Part shown: positions 43,670 through 52,799 of the stretch, piece after piece
Layout of the letters: each line of letters begins with the position of its first letter
Position numbering within the stretch: the first letter of the stretch is position 1
From: an uncultured Acidimicrobiaceae bacterium
GTDB lineage: Bacteria; Actinomycetota; Acidimicrobiia; Acidimicrobiales; Bog-793
DNA length: 64,000 bases
Assembly: GCA_963801185.1 (NCBI GenBank)
Contig: CAWDDW010000001.1
Location: 112,928-176,927 of the forward strand
Reading direction: 5' to 3'
Notes under the pieces: generated by a model
Told to the model about the DNA's origin: nothing
Databases searched by the model: none
What the model saw: the letters and a program-made list of their open reading frames with translations, nothing else
Translations under genes and position numbers: made by a program

Positions 43670-44701
43670 GTGACCCTGTCCAATGTGGCCGATCCTGTCG
43701 ACTTCGAGACTTACGGCGACTACGCGCCTCCCGCATCGGGGGTGCCGCGCTCTGACGCGTGGTCGCCCTCCGAGCGCGACCCGGCCGCCTTCGAGCGGCC
43801 GAAGTACCGGTTTCAAGGTCGGGTCACGGCTGACGGTTCGAGCGGCTACCCGGCGGAGACCGGGCGCTACCACCTCTACATCTCGTGGGCGTGTCCGTGG
43901 GCGCACCGGAGCGCGATCGTGCGTGCCCTCGTAGGGATCGAGGACGCCGTCTCGCTGTCCGCCGTCGACCCAGTCCGCGACGGCCGTGGGTGGGCGTTCC
44001 GGGAAGGCCCGGGGTTCGGCCCCGACCCGGTGAACGGCTTTCGTTTCTTAAAGGAGGCGTACCTCGCGACTGACCCCGAGTACGACGGCCACGTCTCGGT
44101 CCCGTTGCTGTGGGACAAGCAGACCTCGCGGATAGTGAGCAACAACTTCCCCGACATCAGCCTCGACCTCGGCTCGGAGTTCAGGCCATGGGCAAAGTCG
44201 CGGCTCGACTTGTACCCGCTGGCTCTCCGCGCCGAGATGGACGTTCTCAACGAGCAGATCTACGAGACTGTCAACGACGGGGTGTACCGCACCGGCTTCG
44301 CTGGCTCCCAGGCGCAGTACGAGCGCAACGTCGGGCGCGTCTTCGAGACCCTCGATCAGCTCAAGGAACGCCTCGCCACGACAAGGTATCTCTTCGGCGA
44401 CGAGATCACCGAGAGCGACGTTCGGCTCTGGGTGACCCTCGCCCGTTTCGACAGCGTCTACTACTCCCATTTCAAGGTGAACCTCCGCCGGGTCAGCGAT
44501 TACCCGTCGCTGTGGGGCTACGCCCGGGACCTGTACCAGCATCCGGCTTTCTCCGCGACGACGAGGTTCGACCACATCAAGCGCCACTACTACGTCACCC
44601 ACGGCCGTCTGAACCCGTCCCGCATCGTCCCGGCCGGTCCGCTGCTCGACTGGGGCGCGCCGACGGACCGGTCGCGGTCGGCTCGCGGAGCTACACGCTG
44701 A
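43670..44701 (+). CDS. yqjG: Glutathionyl-hydroquinone reductase (Xi-class GST, YqjG family)
   Basis: GRYHLYISWACPWAHRSAIVRAL (CPWAHR active site). AAGGAGG lies 8 nt upstream of GTG 43670. Confidence 0.9.
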   Translation: MTLSNVADPVDFETYGDYAPPASGVPRSDAWSPSERDPAAFERPKYRFQGRVTADGSSGYPAETGRYHLYISWACPWAHRSAIVRALVGIEDAVSLSAVDPVRDGRGWAFREGPGFGPDPVNGFRFLKEAYLATDPEYDGHVSVPLLWDKQTSRIVSNNFPDISLDLGSEFRPWAKSRLDLYPLALRAEMDVLNEQIYETVNDGVYRTGFAGSQAQYERNVGRVFETLDQLKERLATTRYLFGDEITESDVRLWVTLARFDSVYYSHFKVNLRRVSDYPSLWGYARDLYQHPAFSATTRFDHIKRHYYVTHGRLNPSRIVPAGPLLDWGAPTDRSRSARGATR

Positions 44702-44752
44702 AGGTGACTTCGTAGCTCGTGACGTCACGGTCGCCGAGGCGGCCCGCCGAGA

Positions 44753-45673
44753 TCATCCGTCGTAGAAGAGAGGCGGGTGCAGCCCGATCAGCGTGCGTTC
44801 CCTCGGGCTGCTTGCGCGGGCGACGGCCTCGGCGGACAGCTGATTGGCATCCGAGGTCGGCCGCAGCCGCTGGGCAAGGTCGCGCCGCCCGTAGTGGCAT
44901 TGGAGAAAGTAGCGGCCGGGGTCACCGACCCCGGAGGAAAGACGACGGTGCCAGACGTCGGACACGAAGAGGCCCACGTCACCAGCTGCGAGCAGCAATG
45001 GCACTGCGCTGTGATCCTCCCAGGTGAGCCCGTCGTCGCTCAGCCGGTCGGGCGGCGGGGACTGGCCAGAGGTGTGGCTGCCGGGGATCACCGCCGTCGG
45101 ACCGGCCTCGATCGGGCACTCCTGGAGCATGATGTGAGCGGCCACAGCGAACACCGGGTACGGGATCCGGGCGTCCCAGCGCACGCCGGGCGGGCGGGGC
45201 ACGTGCGGACCGCTGTCGATGTGCCAGAAGCGACCTCCGTGGCTGGATTCCTCGGGCGGCTGGCGCCACGCAGTGTTCGCGATGACGTGGCAGTCCTCAC
45301 CCAGCAGCGGCTCGATCACGGTCAGAATGGCGGGATTGGCGACCGCGCTCTGGCAGACCTCGCTGCGATTGAGCATCTCGTAGCGAAACGGCAACCAGTG
45401 CTCCGCCGGCCGTGCCTTGCCGCGGACGTCGGGGGGGAACTCCTCGAACACGCGATCGATGTCGGCGCGGAGAGCCGACACCTGTTCAGCATCGAAGACA
45501 CCGGGCAGCACGGCGAATCCATGTTCCTCGAGTTGCCTGCTCTCCTCTGGCACCGATTCGGTCCGGAGACTCAGGTACAGGTTACGGGTGATCACACCAG
45601 CATTTTGGCGCGAATCGGGGCGCCTCGGCGTCGCCGCCCGCGAACCTGCCACGACGCGATACAACTGTCCCAC
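44753..45673 (-). CDS. Phytanoyl-CoA dioxygenase (PhyH) family Fe(II)/2-oxoglutarate oxygenase
   Basis: HGFAVLPGVFD, WHIDSGPH, VIPGSHTSG, HRR. GTG 45673 nearly touches the divergent ATG 45675. The internal GTG 45595 is an alternative start. Confidence 0.8.
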   Translation of the reverse strand: MGQLYRVVAGSRAATPRRPDSRQNAGVITRNLYLSLRTESVPEESRQLEEHGFAVLPGVFDAEQVSALRADIDRVFEEFPPDVRGKARPAEHWLPFRYEMLNRSEVCQSAVANPAILTVIEPLLGEDCHVIANTAWRQPPEESSHGGRFWHIDSGPHVPRPPGVRWDARIPYPVFAVAAHIMLQECPIEAGPTAVIPGSHTSGQSPPPDRLSDDGLTWEDHSAVPLLLAAGDVGLFVSDVWHRRLSSGVGDPGRYFLQCHYGRRDLAQRLRPTSDANQLSAEAVARASSPRERTLIGLHPPLFYDG

Positions 45674-45674
45674 G

Positions 45675-47143
45675 ATGGCCGAGCCTCCTACGTCTTCTCG
45701 CGATCAGGGAGATCCGCGCGACCCGCTCGGGCTCGCGTCAGATGCTCCACTGCTCAACGCGTACCTCCGCGCCCTCGATCGGCGAGCGTCCGGCGAGCAC
45801 TCCTTCACCACACCGGGCCACAAGGGCTCGACGGAGCTCACCGGGGTTGTCGTCAGCGGGGACTTCCCGAGCTCGGGCGGGCTCGACACGGTCAAGTTCA
45901 AGTACGGATGGCTGGCGCAGGCGGAGCGCCTGGCGGCGGAGTGCTTTGGCGCGGACGTCTGCCGTTTCTCCGTCGGCGGTTCGACGCATGGCAACCAGAC
46001 CTTCGCTCTCGCCGCCGCGAGGCCGGGAGACGAAGTCGTCGTGTCCCGGATGTTGCACCGCTCGATGCTGCTCGGCCTCGTGCTCGCGGGCTTGACCCCG
46101 GTCTGGGTGCATCCTGACGTGGACCTCAGCACTGGTCTGCCCCGGGGCATCCCACCCGGAGCGGTCCGCTCGGCTCTCGAGGACCACCCGGCCGCCGCCG
46201 CCGTCTTTCTCGTCGAGCCGTCCTACGTCGGGACGTTCTCAGACATCGAGGAGCATGCTCGCATCGCGCACGAAGCGGGCGTGCCGCTCATCATCGATGC
46301 TGCCTGGGCGGCGCATTTCGGTTTTCATCCCGACTTGCCCCCGCACACGCTCGGAGCCGGGGCGGACGCGATGGTGACGAGTGCCCACAAGGTCCTACCG
46401 GCCTACACCCAGGCTGCATTGGTGCTCGCCAGGACGGAGCGGCTCGACGGCGCTCGGATCGAGCGTGCGTTCGAAGCGACCCACACCACGAGCCCGGCTG
46501 GCGCCATTCTGGCGAGCACCGACGCAGCACGGGCGCTCATGCAACATCACGGCGAGCGCCTCGTGAGCCGCATGCTCGACATCGTCTCCCAGGCGAGAGA
46601 GCGGCTGATCAAGGTGGACGGCCTTCGCGTTCTCGCCGGTCCCGGAGTCGATCCCGCCAAGCTCGTCGTCGCGCTGGCGGGCACCGGCGCGCACGGGGTG
46701 GAGATCGAGGCCGACCTAATTGATGCGGGGTTGCCTGTCGAGATGGCCGATCGCGACACGATCGTCGCCTTGGTGACCGTCGCCGACCGCCCGAAGGACG
46801 TCGAACGGTTACCGCCGAGCTGACAGCGTCCGTCGGCAGGAGGCGTGGAGTACCGCGTGCCCTCCACGCGGCAGCGGGCTGGATCGTCGAGCCGCAGATG
46901 GTCGTGCCGCCGAGGGAGGCGTTCTTCGGGCGCTCCGAGAGGGTGCCCATCGACCACGTCGCAGGTCGCGTCAGCGCGGAGCTCGTGGCTCTCTATCCCC
47001 CCGGTGTACCGGTGCTCGCCCCGGTCAGCGTGACGACCGAGGCGCTTCGAACGCTCGCCGACGCACGGTCCGACGGCGTGCGGATCGCCTACGCTGCCGA
47101 CCCGACTCTGGCGACTTTGCAGGTGCTCGTCGACGATGCCTGA
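45675..47143 (+). pseudogene. Orn/Lys/Arg decarboxylase family PLP enzyme (SpeA/YaaO-like), frame-broken before the C-terminal domain
   Basis: Major domain from ATG 45675 (TTPGHKG, SVGGSTHGNQ, TSAHKVLPAYTQAA) stops at 46823. The C-terminal domain (PPREAFFGRSERVPIDHVAGRVSAELVALYPPGVPVL) is in the frame of ORF 46898..47143, which is open back to ~46811. One missing base near 46806-46811 would join ...DVER to (V/L)TAELTASV. Confidence 0.75.
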
Positions 47144-47260
47144 CGCTCGACCGGGAGGCTGTCACGAGCGATGAGGTTCAACCACATTGGAAACCCGACG
47201 GGCAGCTCGTTCGAAGGCGCGCTCTCCGCTGGCGCGCGGTGCCCGCTCTAACGCTGGCCT

Positions 47261-48022
47261 CTAGCTGGACTGGGCAGTCGTGTTCCGGACGTGGTCGTCG
47301 AGCTCCGCAGTCATCTCGGAGTCCTCGGGGCCGCTCTCGTGGAAACCGCCGCTCGCGCCCAACTCGTCCGCCTCGTTGAAGGCCGCCTCGAACGCTTCCG
47401 TCGCACGTGACATCGCCGCGTCGTGGTCGTGCAAGGCGGTCTGCAAGTGCTCGGCACGGGCTTGCGAGGCCTCTGCCACGGCATCTCCGTACGCGCTCAC
47501 CGCATCTCTCAAGTTGGATGCTCGCTCGACGCCTGCCCGATAGATCGACTCGGCTCTCAAGGCGCCTGCCCTCTTGATGGCTTGCGCCCTCTCGGTCGCG
47601 CTGTCCGCTGCCACCTCGGCGGCCCGGAGCGCCTCCTCGTGAGCTCGCTGAGCGGCAGCAAGTTCCTCCTGATATGCCTGCTCGACTCCGCGTGCCGCTA
47701 CGGTCTCGGCTCTCTGCAGGGCAGTGCCGTACCGCTCCTCGGCAGCACGCGATGCTGCAGCACGAGCAGCTTCAGCTTCTCGCAGCTGCTCGTCGTGGCG
47801 CTGTGTGAGCTCTTTCAGCGCCTCGGCCCGCGCCACTGTGGCCGACCGAATGATGTTCGCTCGGTCCACCGTCGCCTTGCGAACGAGGCGAGCTCGAGCG
47901 AGTTCGGCGCTTGCCACCTCCTCGGCAGCAAGGAGCGCCTCGTCGCGCGCCTGCTCGGCAGCTCGCATCGCCTCGTCCTCCGCCTGAGCCCCCGTCTCCA
48001 GCCGTATGACGTTGCTCTTCAT
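47261..48022 (-). CDS. Ala/Glu/Arg-rich helical repeat protein with acidic tail (253 aa)
   Basis: ATG 48022 (MKSNVIRLE) has GAAGGAGGAG 5 nt upstream. Degenerate ~11-residue A...A..Y/A periodicity. The N-terminal 80 codons of track ORF 47261..48262 are probably untranslated. Confidence 0.6.
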   Translation of the reverse strand: MKSNVIRLETGAQAEDEAMRAAEQARDEALLAAEEVASAELARARLVRKATVDRANIIRSATVARAEALKELTQRHDEQLREAEAARAAASRAAEERYGTALQRAETVAARGVEQAYQEELAAAQRAHEEALRAAEVAADSATERAQAIKRAGALRAESIYRAGVERASNLRDAVSAYGDAVAEASQARAEHLQTALHDHDAAMSRATEAFEAAFNEADELGASGGFHESGPEDSEMTAELDDHVRNTTAQSS

Positions 48023-48301
48023 GTCGCTCCTCCTTCGAGGCGTCAGGCTTCCCTCGGACAAGCCTGGCCCTGATGACATCGCCCTGCCGGCACCATCTGA
48101 GCGCTTCGGAGCGTCAGATGCAAGGCGCTCCTTTGGAATCTCCTTGTCTGCACCCAGCCTGAGATTGTCGTCTGGGGCGTGGCCCTGCTGGGCGCGAGCC
48201 GGACAAGGGCTACCGGGGGTTGTGAGCAGGTAGAGGTCCGTGAGCGCCATCGCGCTCGCCACTATCAGGAGCGCGCGGGAGGCCAGGTCGGCACCGTCCA
48301 G

Positions 48302-48335
48302 TCTCTTTCTCTTTCTCTTTCTCTTTCTCTTTCTC
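48302..48335. repeat. Hexanucleotide microsatellite (CTCTTT)5, pure pyrimidine tract on the + strand
   Basis: Read directly: tctctttctctttctctttctctttctctttctc. It is intergenic, about 280 nt upstream of the 48022 start (minus strand) and about 310 nt upstream of the 48647 ORF. Confidence 0.95.
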
Positions 48336-48646
48336 GGGCAAACAGGTCAATTAGTGCGACAACGTGTCTACCCATGGTCGGCGCGTTTGCGTCCAGTCCC
48401 GCAGCAGCGGTGATTCGTCATGGGCACAGGACGTGAGACCTGGAGGGCGCACCTTCTCCGTGAAGGGCAAAGGCGCGGCGAGGATCATGAAGGGCAGAGC
48501 GGCAGCGATGGAGTGGGAGGCCAAGAAGGTGACGAGGCTGGAGGACTCGAGGTGCGACCGGGAACACGGGATAGAGCAGCATGAAGGATTAGATTGACAA
48601 TCAATGACCCGAAGCGGCCTTTGAGTGGCCGGGAAACGGAGGGCTG

Positions 48647-48883
48647 ATGGTGTCGCTCCTCTTCGCAGTCCTTTTCGCAGGGTGGTTGTCCCCTGGAATG
48701 CGTGCGCATGAGGACGAGTTCCGCCAGGCGTGGGTGGCTCGCTTTGGGGAGAACCCCCACGGTCCGACTCCGCCTCCCGGAACGTACAAGGCTTGGTACA
48801 AGCAGTGGAAGAAGACGCAGATCGCGCCGACCGAGTACCTCGCGGTGCTGCAACAAGGACCTCCTGGGAGCCACCTCGTCTGA
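48647..48883 (+). CDS. Small hypothetical membrane protein (78 aa)
   Basis: GGAGGG lies 5 nt upstream of the ATG. N-terminal hydrophobic MVSLLFAVLFAGWL. Natural-looking composition and GC-rich third positions. Confidence 0.45.
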   Translation: MVSLLFAVLFAGWLSPGMRAHEDEFRQAWVARFGENPHGPTPPPGTYKAWYKQWKKTQIAPTEYLAVLQQGPPGSHLV

Positions 48884-48920
48884 GCCGAGACTCTGACGTG
48901 CTGAGGTGGGCCTTTTCGAG

Positions 48921-49547
48921 CTAGGAACTCCGACCGTTCAAACTCGACATGGCGTGCTCGATGAGTATGTCGCCCTCGGCCATCGAGTCGAGGTCCGTAC
49001 CGTTGGTGGCGGTCGTCTGGTTCTCTGATTCCCGAGCCGCTATCGCTCCAGCGAGCCCGAGGTCGTCGAGACTGTCGTCATCCGATGGCTCTAGGAAGTG
49101 CTGAACGTTCTGGACCGCGTTGCGATATGTCGCCAGCGCTCCCTCGACGGCAGCCTCGTACACCGTACGGGCGTCCTGGAGCTCGGTGGAGTAGGCGTCG
49201 CGGGCTGCGGAGATGGCTTCGTTGTACTCGTTCCGCACCCTCTCGGAGGTCTCGTGGTACTTCGCTCGAGCGCTCGCGACCCCGTCTCGTCGGTTCTTCG
49301 AGCCGGTCTCGTTGATCTCTTGCTTGTAGGTCGACCACGCCTCGTCGATGGCTTCGGCGTGGGCTGCCGCCGCATCGGCCTGCTTGGTCGCCAGAAGTTT
49401 GCTACCCGACTCGAGTGACTCTTCATAGGCGCTCTGAACCTCCTCCACCGTGACCCGGAACTCCTCCCAGGTCTCGTGGATCCCGCTCAGATACTCGTTA
49501 CGGGCCTCGTGGTCCGCTGCTGCCGAACTTCCCGCTTCCGTATACAC
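48921..49547 (-). CDS. Helical repeat protein with acidic tail (208 aa), compositionally related to 47261..48022
   Basis: GAAAGGA lies 9 nt upstream of GTG 49547. Repeated A..(D/E)AY...(L/V) segments, e.g. AISAARDAYSTELQDARTVYEAAVEGALATYRNAV. Confidence 0.55.
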   Translation of the reverse strand: MYTEAGSSAAADHEARNEYLSGIHETWEEFRVTVEEVQSAYEESLESGSKLLATKQADAAAAHAEAIDEAWSTYKQEINETGSKNRRDGVASARAKYHETSERVRNEYNEAISAARDAYSTELQDARTVYEAAVEGALATYRNAVQNVQHFLEPSDDDSLDDLGLAGAIAARESENQTTATNGTDLDSMAEGDILIEHAMSSLNGRSS

Positions 49548-49740
49548 GTGTCCTGTCCTTTCGACTTGGAGCGGGGGCTGTGATCAGCTCGTCGGCGCAC
49601 CGTCGGGGGCAGTCGCTTGATATCTCATCGGTCTACTCAGCGCGAAACTTGAGCCTGATTTCACAAGTGCCTCGACGGTTCACCGACGGTGTGCCACTGA
49701 CACGGTATGCGACCGCAGCTCCTTGCCGATCCCGCCCTCG

Positions 49741-51258
49741 TCAAGGCGCCGGGAAGAAGTCGCTCGAGGACCGATCGACCTTCGTGAGTGTGGACGCGTC
49801 GCAGGTCGCGGCCGCGACGTTGCGGTTCACGAAGAAGTACACACCGGGTTTGCTCGCGAGCCCGAGGACCGGCGCCGGCTGGTTGGCTGTGAGGTCGAGG
49901 ACTCCCCAGCAGTCACGGGTCTCAGCCGTAAAGGCCGTCATGGTCACAGAGGAGCCACCGGTCCCCACTTCGACGCTGACCGTGTCAGCCGACGTGGAAG
50001 GGGCGTTCGTGACGAAGCCCAAACCGGTGTCCAGGTTGTAGATCGAATTCGGCGACGAACGGTTCAGCAGGTCCGCGAACGAACGGTTGTTGATGACATA
50101 CGACGTGCGTGCTCCCGTCAGCGCCGTCTCGAGATTGGACTGGGCAACGGTGACGCTGTCGGCTGTCGCGTTGGTGCCTCCGTTCTCGAACCAGTGAACG
50201 AAGGACCGGATCTCGTCCACCGTGATCATCCTCGGAGCGCTCGGTGGCGAGACGCCGATGCTCGGGTGGGTTATGCCGACGGTGACCGTTGCTCTGTCGT
50301 AAGAGACCGCGACCTTGATCAAGGAGCCGTTCTCGATCCACATCTTGATGGGGATGGAAAGGCTGGCCGGGATCCGGTCGATCGCCTTGCGCAGCCTCGG
50401 GACGAGTTGCTGCGCCGATGGGGCCGACTTTTCCACCTGGGTCTCGAGGTCGGCGACCAAGGTGCTGAGGAAGTTCCTGACAGGCAGCGACACCGAGTAC
50501 TCGGTAACGCCACCCTGCGACCCGACCACGTGGGTGCTCTGCCATGCATCCCAAGCCTGGGCGAAGGACAGAGTGAAAGCCGAGCGCAAGCGATCGATAT
50601 CGGCGGTCGAGGTCGTGGTGTGAACGCCGTGTTCCCTCGCGTACTGCTCGAGCAGGCTCTCGTTCAAGCCGATCCAGTTCCCTTCCACCAACGAGTGGAG
50701 AAACTCGAGCGCCGGATGCCGCCGAGCGGCCCGGTTCAACGTCGACGCCAGCGTCGGACCGGAACCGGCGCCTTTCACGAGGTGATCGATTCCGGTCGCG
50801 TTCAACCGGAGGTAGAACGCCCCGTTCGCCACCATGAAGTCGCCGAGGTCGGTGCTGCCGTACAGGACCGAGACCTCGATGTCGTTCGTGGCCCCTTGCT
50901 CGGCGACCGGTCCGCCCGCCGGGTTCGTGAGCATGACGACTATCGAGTAGATCGAGAGCCCGTTAGGCCCCTGACCAGTGCCTGCCTGGCCCGAGCCGCT
51001 GACGCTCGCTGAGACGGCAAAGCGCACCGTCGGTTGCGCGAACACGCCCGACACGGCGGCCGACACGGTCTGCGCCTGGCCCATCTCGAGAGGCACGATG
51101 ACGATCGCGGCTGTAACTGCGAGTAGGCCGGCAATCGCAACCGTGAGCCGGCGGTGTCGCTTTCGCGCCGGGCGCTCGGTGCCGAGAATCAACTCATCGT
51201 GCGCGAAGTCGGACACCGGCACTGGTGCCGGAGTCGCCGACGGGTCGAAATCAGTCAT
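49741..51258 (-). CDS. Single-pass membrane-anchored extracytoplasmic protein, unknown function
   Basis: ATG 51258 (MTDFDPSAT); the track ORF extends to 51381. TM segment LTVAIAGLLAVTAAIVIVPL. The C-terminal ~130 aa have two Cys (CWGV...ATCD) and a pilin-like feel; this is not verified. Confidence 0.55.
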   Translation of the reverse strand: MTDFDPSATPAPVPVSDFAHDELILGTERPARKRHRRLTVAIAGLLAVTAAIVIVPLEMGQAQTVSAAVSGVFAQPTVRFAVSASVSGSGQAGTGQGPNGLSIYSIVVMLTNPAGGPVAEQGATNDIEVSVLYGSTDLGDFMVANGAFYLRLNATGIDHLVKGAGSGPTLASTLNRAARRHPALEFLHSLVEGNWIGLNESLLEQYAREHGVHTTTSTADIDRLRSAFTLSFAQAWDAWQSTHVVGSQGGVTEYSVSLPVRNFLSTLVADLETQVEKSAPSAQQLVPRLRKAIDRIPASLSIPIKMWIENGSLIKVAVSYDRATVTVGITHPSIGVSPPSAPRMITVDEIRSFVHWFENGGTNATADSVTVAQSNLETALTGARTSYVINNRSFADLLNRSSPNSIYNLDTGLGFVTNAPSTSADTVSVEVGTGGSSVTMTAFTAETRDCWGVLDLTANQPAPVLGLASKPGVYFFVNRNVAAATCDASTLTKVDRSSSDFFPAP

Positions 51259-51374
51259 GGTGTCTGCCCCCACATGGCCAGCCGGTCTGGGTTGGCCGTG
51301 TGCTCCATGATCTGACGATTTGTTGGTCGGATTCCCGCCAGCAGTGCAAAGCAGGGTCGTCAAGCCTGGACGGT

Positions 51375-51864
51375 GTGACACCGACCTTTGAGGTCAGACC
51401 GATCGAGCCCGGGGTTCTTCAGCAATTGCGCGAGCGCGACGACGCTGGCCGTCGGCCGGCCCTTGTCGTCGACCATGACGGGGGCAGCCCTCTTCGTTGC
51501 TGCCTCCGGCTCAGCCGACCGGGCGAGGAAGTCGCGCTGGTGTCCTACGCGCCGCTTCGCCGCTGGGCTGCCGAGGCCGGCGCGGACCCCGGCGCCTACG
51601 ACGAAGTGGGGCCGGTCTTCATTCATCGAGAACCGTGTCCGGGCCTTCAGCAGGAGGGTTATCCAGAAGAGCTCCGCCGCGCCCGGCGCGTTTTCAGGTG
51701 CTACTCGAGCTTCCGGGCAGATCGTGTGTGGGCGACCGGTGGAGCCAGGGGACCGAGCCGAAGAGGTGATCGAGGAGTTGCTCGCGCTGCCTGACACAGC
51801 GGTGGTGCATGTGCGCGCTCTCGAGTTCGGCTGCTTCACGTTCGAAGTGAGACGGGTGTCCTGA
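51375..51864 (+). pseudogene. DUF1203 family protein, frame-broken
   Basis: GSPLRCCLRLSRPGEEVALVSYAP...YDEVGPVFIH...RRVFRCYSS is in the frame of ORF 51225..51794, starting at GTG 51375. It continues as GQIVCGRPVEPGDRAEEVIEELLALPDTAVVHVRALEFGCFTFEVRR in the frame of ORF 51388..51864. One extra base lies near 51705-51716. Confidence 0.6.
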
Positions 51865-51879
51865 CCGTAAGCTTCGGTC

Positions 51880-52799
51880 ATGAACGACTCTCACGTGATG
51901 ACGCTGCGAGATGGTCGGGACTTGGCCTGGCTCGAGGTGGGGGAGCCGGCTGGCGTGCCGGTGTTCGCGTTCCATGGGACGCCCGGGTCGAGGCTGGGAC
52001 TGACAATGGACGAGGCTCTGGTCGCCGCCGCCGGCGCACGGTTGATCTGTCCAGATCGTCCCGGGTACGGCCTGAGCTCTACCAGCCGGGCAGGCGCCTT
52101 GTGGACTGGCCAGGCGACGTCTCAGCGCTTGCCGACCACCTCGGTATCGAGCGATTCGCCGTGATGGGCGTCTCCGGTGGCGGCCCGCACTCGGCGGTCT
52201 GCGCCGCACTACTGGGCGACCGCGTGACGACGGCAGCCATTGTGAGCGGGGTCGGCCCGCTGTCTGACCCGGCAGCCATCGAGGGGATGATGCGGGTCAA
52301 CCGGGTGCTAACGGGGCTGTCCAGACGGAGCCCACTGCTCGTGCGGGGGATTCTTGCTCCGCAGACGGTCGTGGCGCGGCGGTGGCCGGACAAGGCGATC
52401 GACTTCCTCATGCGGCAGTTGCCCGCCCCCGACGTGGAAGTGCTGCAGAGGCCCGAGGTGCGTGCCCTCTTCGCGTCGGAGGTCGCCAAGGCATCGCGGA
52501 CGACGTCGAAGGCCTCCGCCCAGGACTTCGAACTCTTCTGTCACGATTGGGGCTTCGCCTTGTCTGGGATCTCTGTCCCTGTGCATCTTTGGCAGGGGGA
52601 TGCTGACGTGAACGTGCCGGCGAGCCACGCCCGTCTTCAGCACGAGGCAATCCCCGGCTCGGTGCTCCACGAGTGCCCGGGCGAGGGCCACCTCTTGGTC
52701 TTCGGCCACCTGAGTGAGATCCTCGAAGTACTGGCCGTACCGGTGAACCAGCCGGCACGCAGCCGCAGGCCTAGGGCTAAGCCGCAGGGCCAGACCTAA
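51880..52799 (+). pseudogene. Alpha/beta hydrolase, frame-broken
   Basis: VPVFAFHGTPGSRL...LICPDRPGYGLS (ORF 51880..52164) continues as QPGRRLVDWPGDVSALADHLGIERFAVMGVSGGGPH...GDADVNVP...GEGHL (frame of ORF 52101..52799). One missing base lies near 52075-52090. Confidence 0.75.

Noticed and set aside
44719-44730. Perfect 12-bp palindrome CGTGACGTCACG between the convergent yqjG and PhyH genes
   Set aside because: About 16 perfect 12-bp palindromes are expected by chance in 64 kb. It has no loop for a terminator hairpin and no second site.
48179-48436. 85-aa ORF containing an SLSLSLSLSLS run
   Set aside because: The run is just the translation of the (CTCTTT)5 microsatellite. The rest of the ORF has no coding character.
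49723-51012. 429-aa + strand ORF
   Set aside because: It is antisense to the better-supported minus-strand gene 49741..51258, and its product is Arg/Asp/Gly-rich without motifs.
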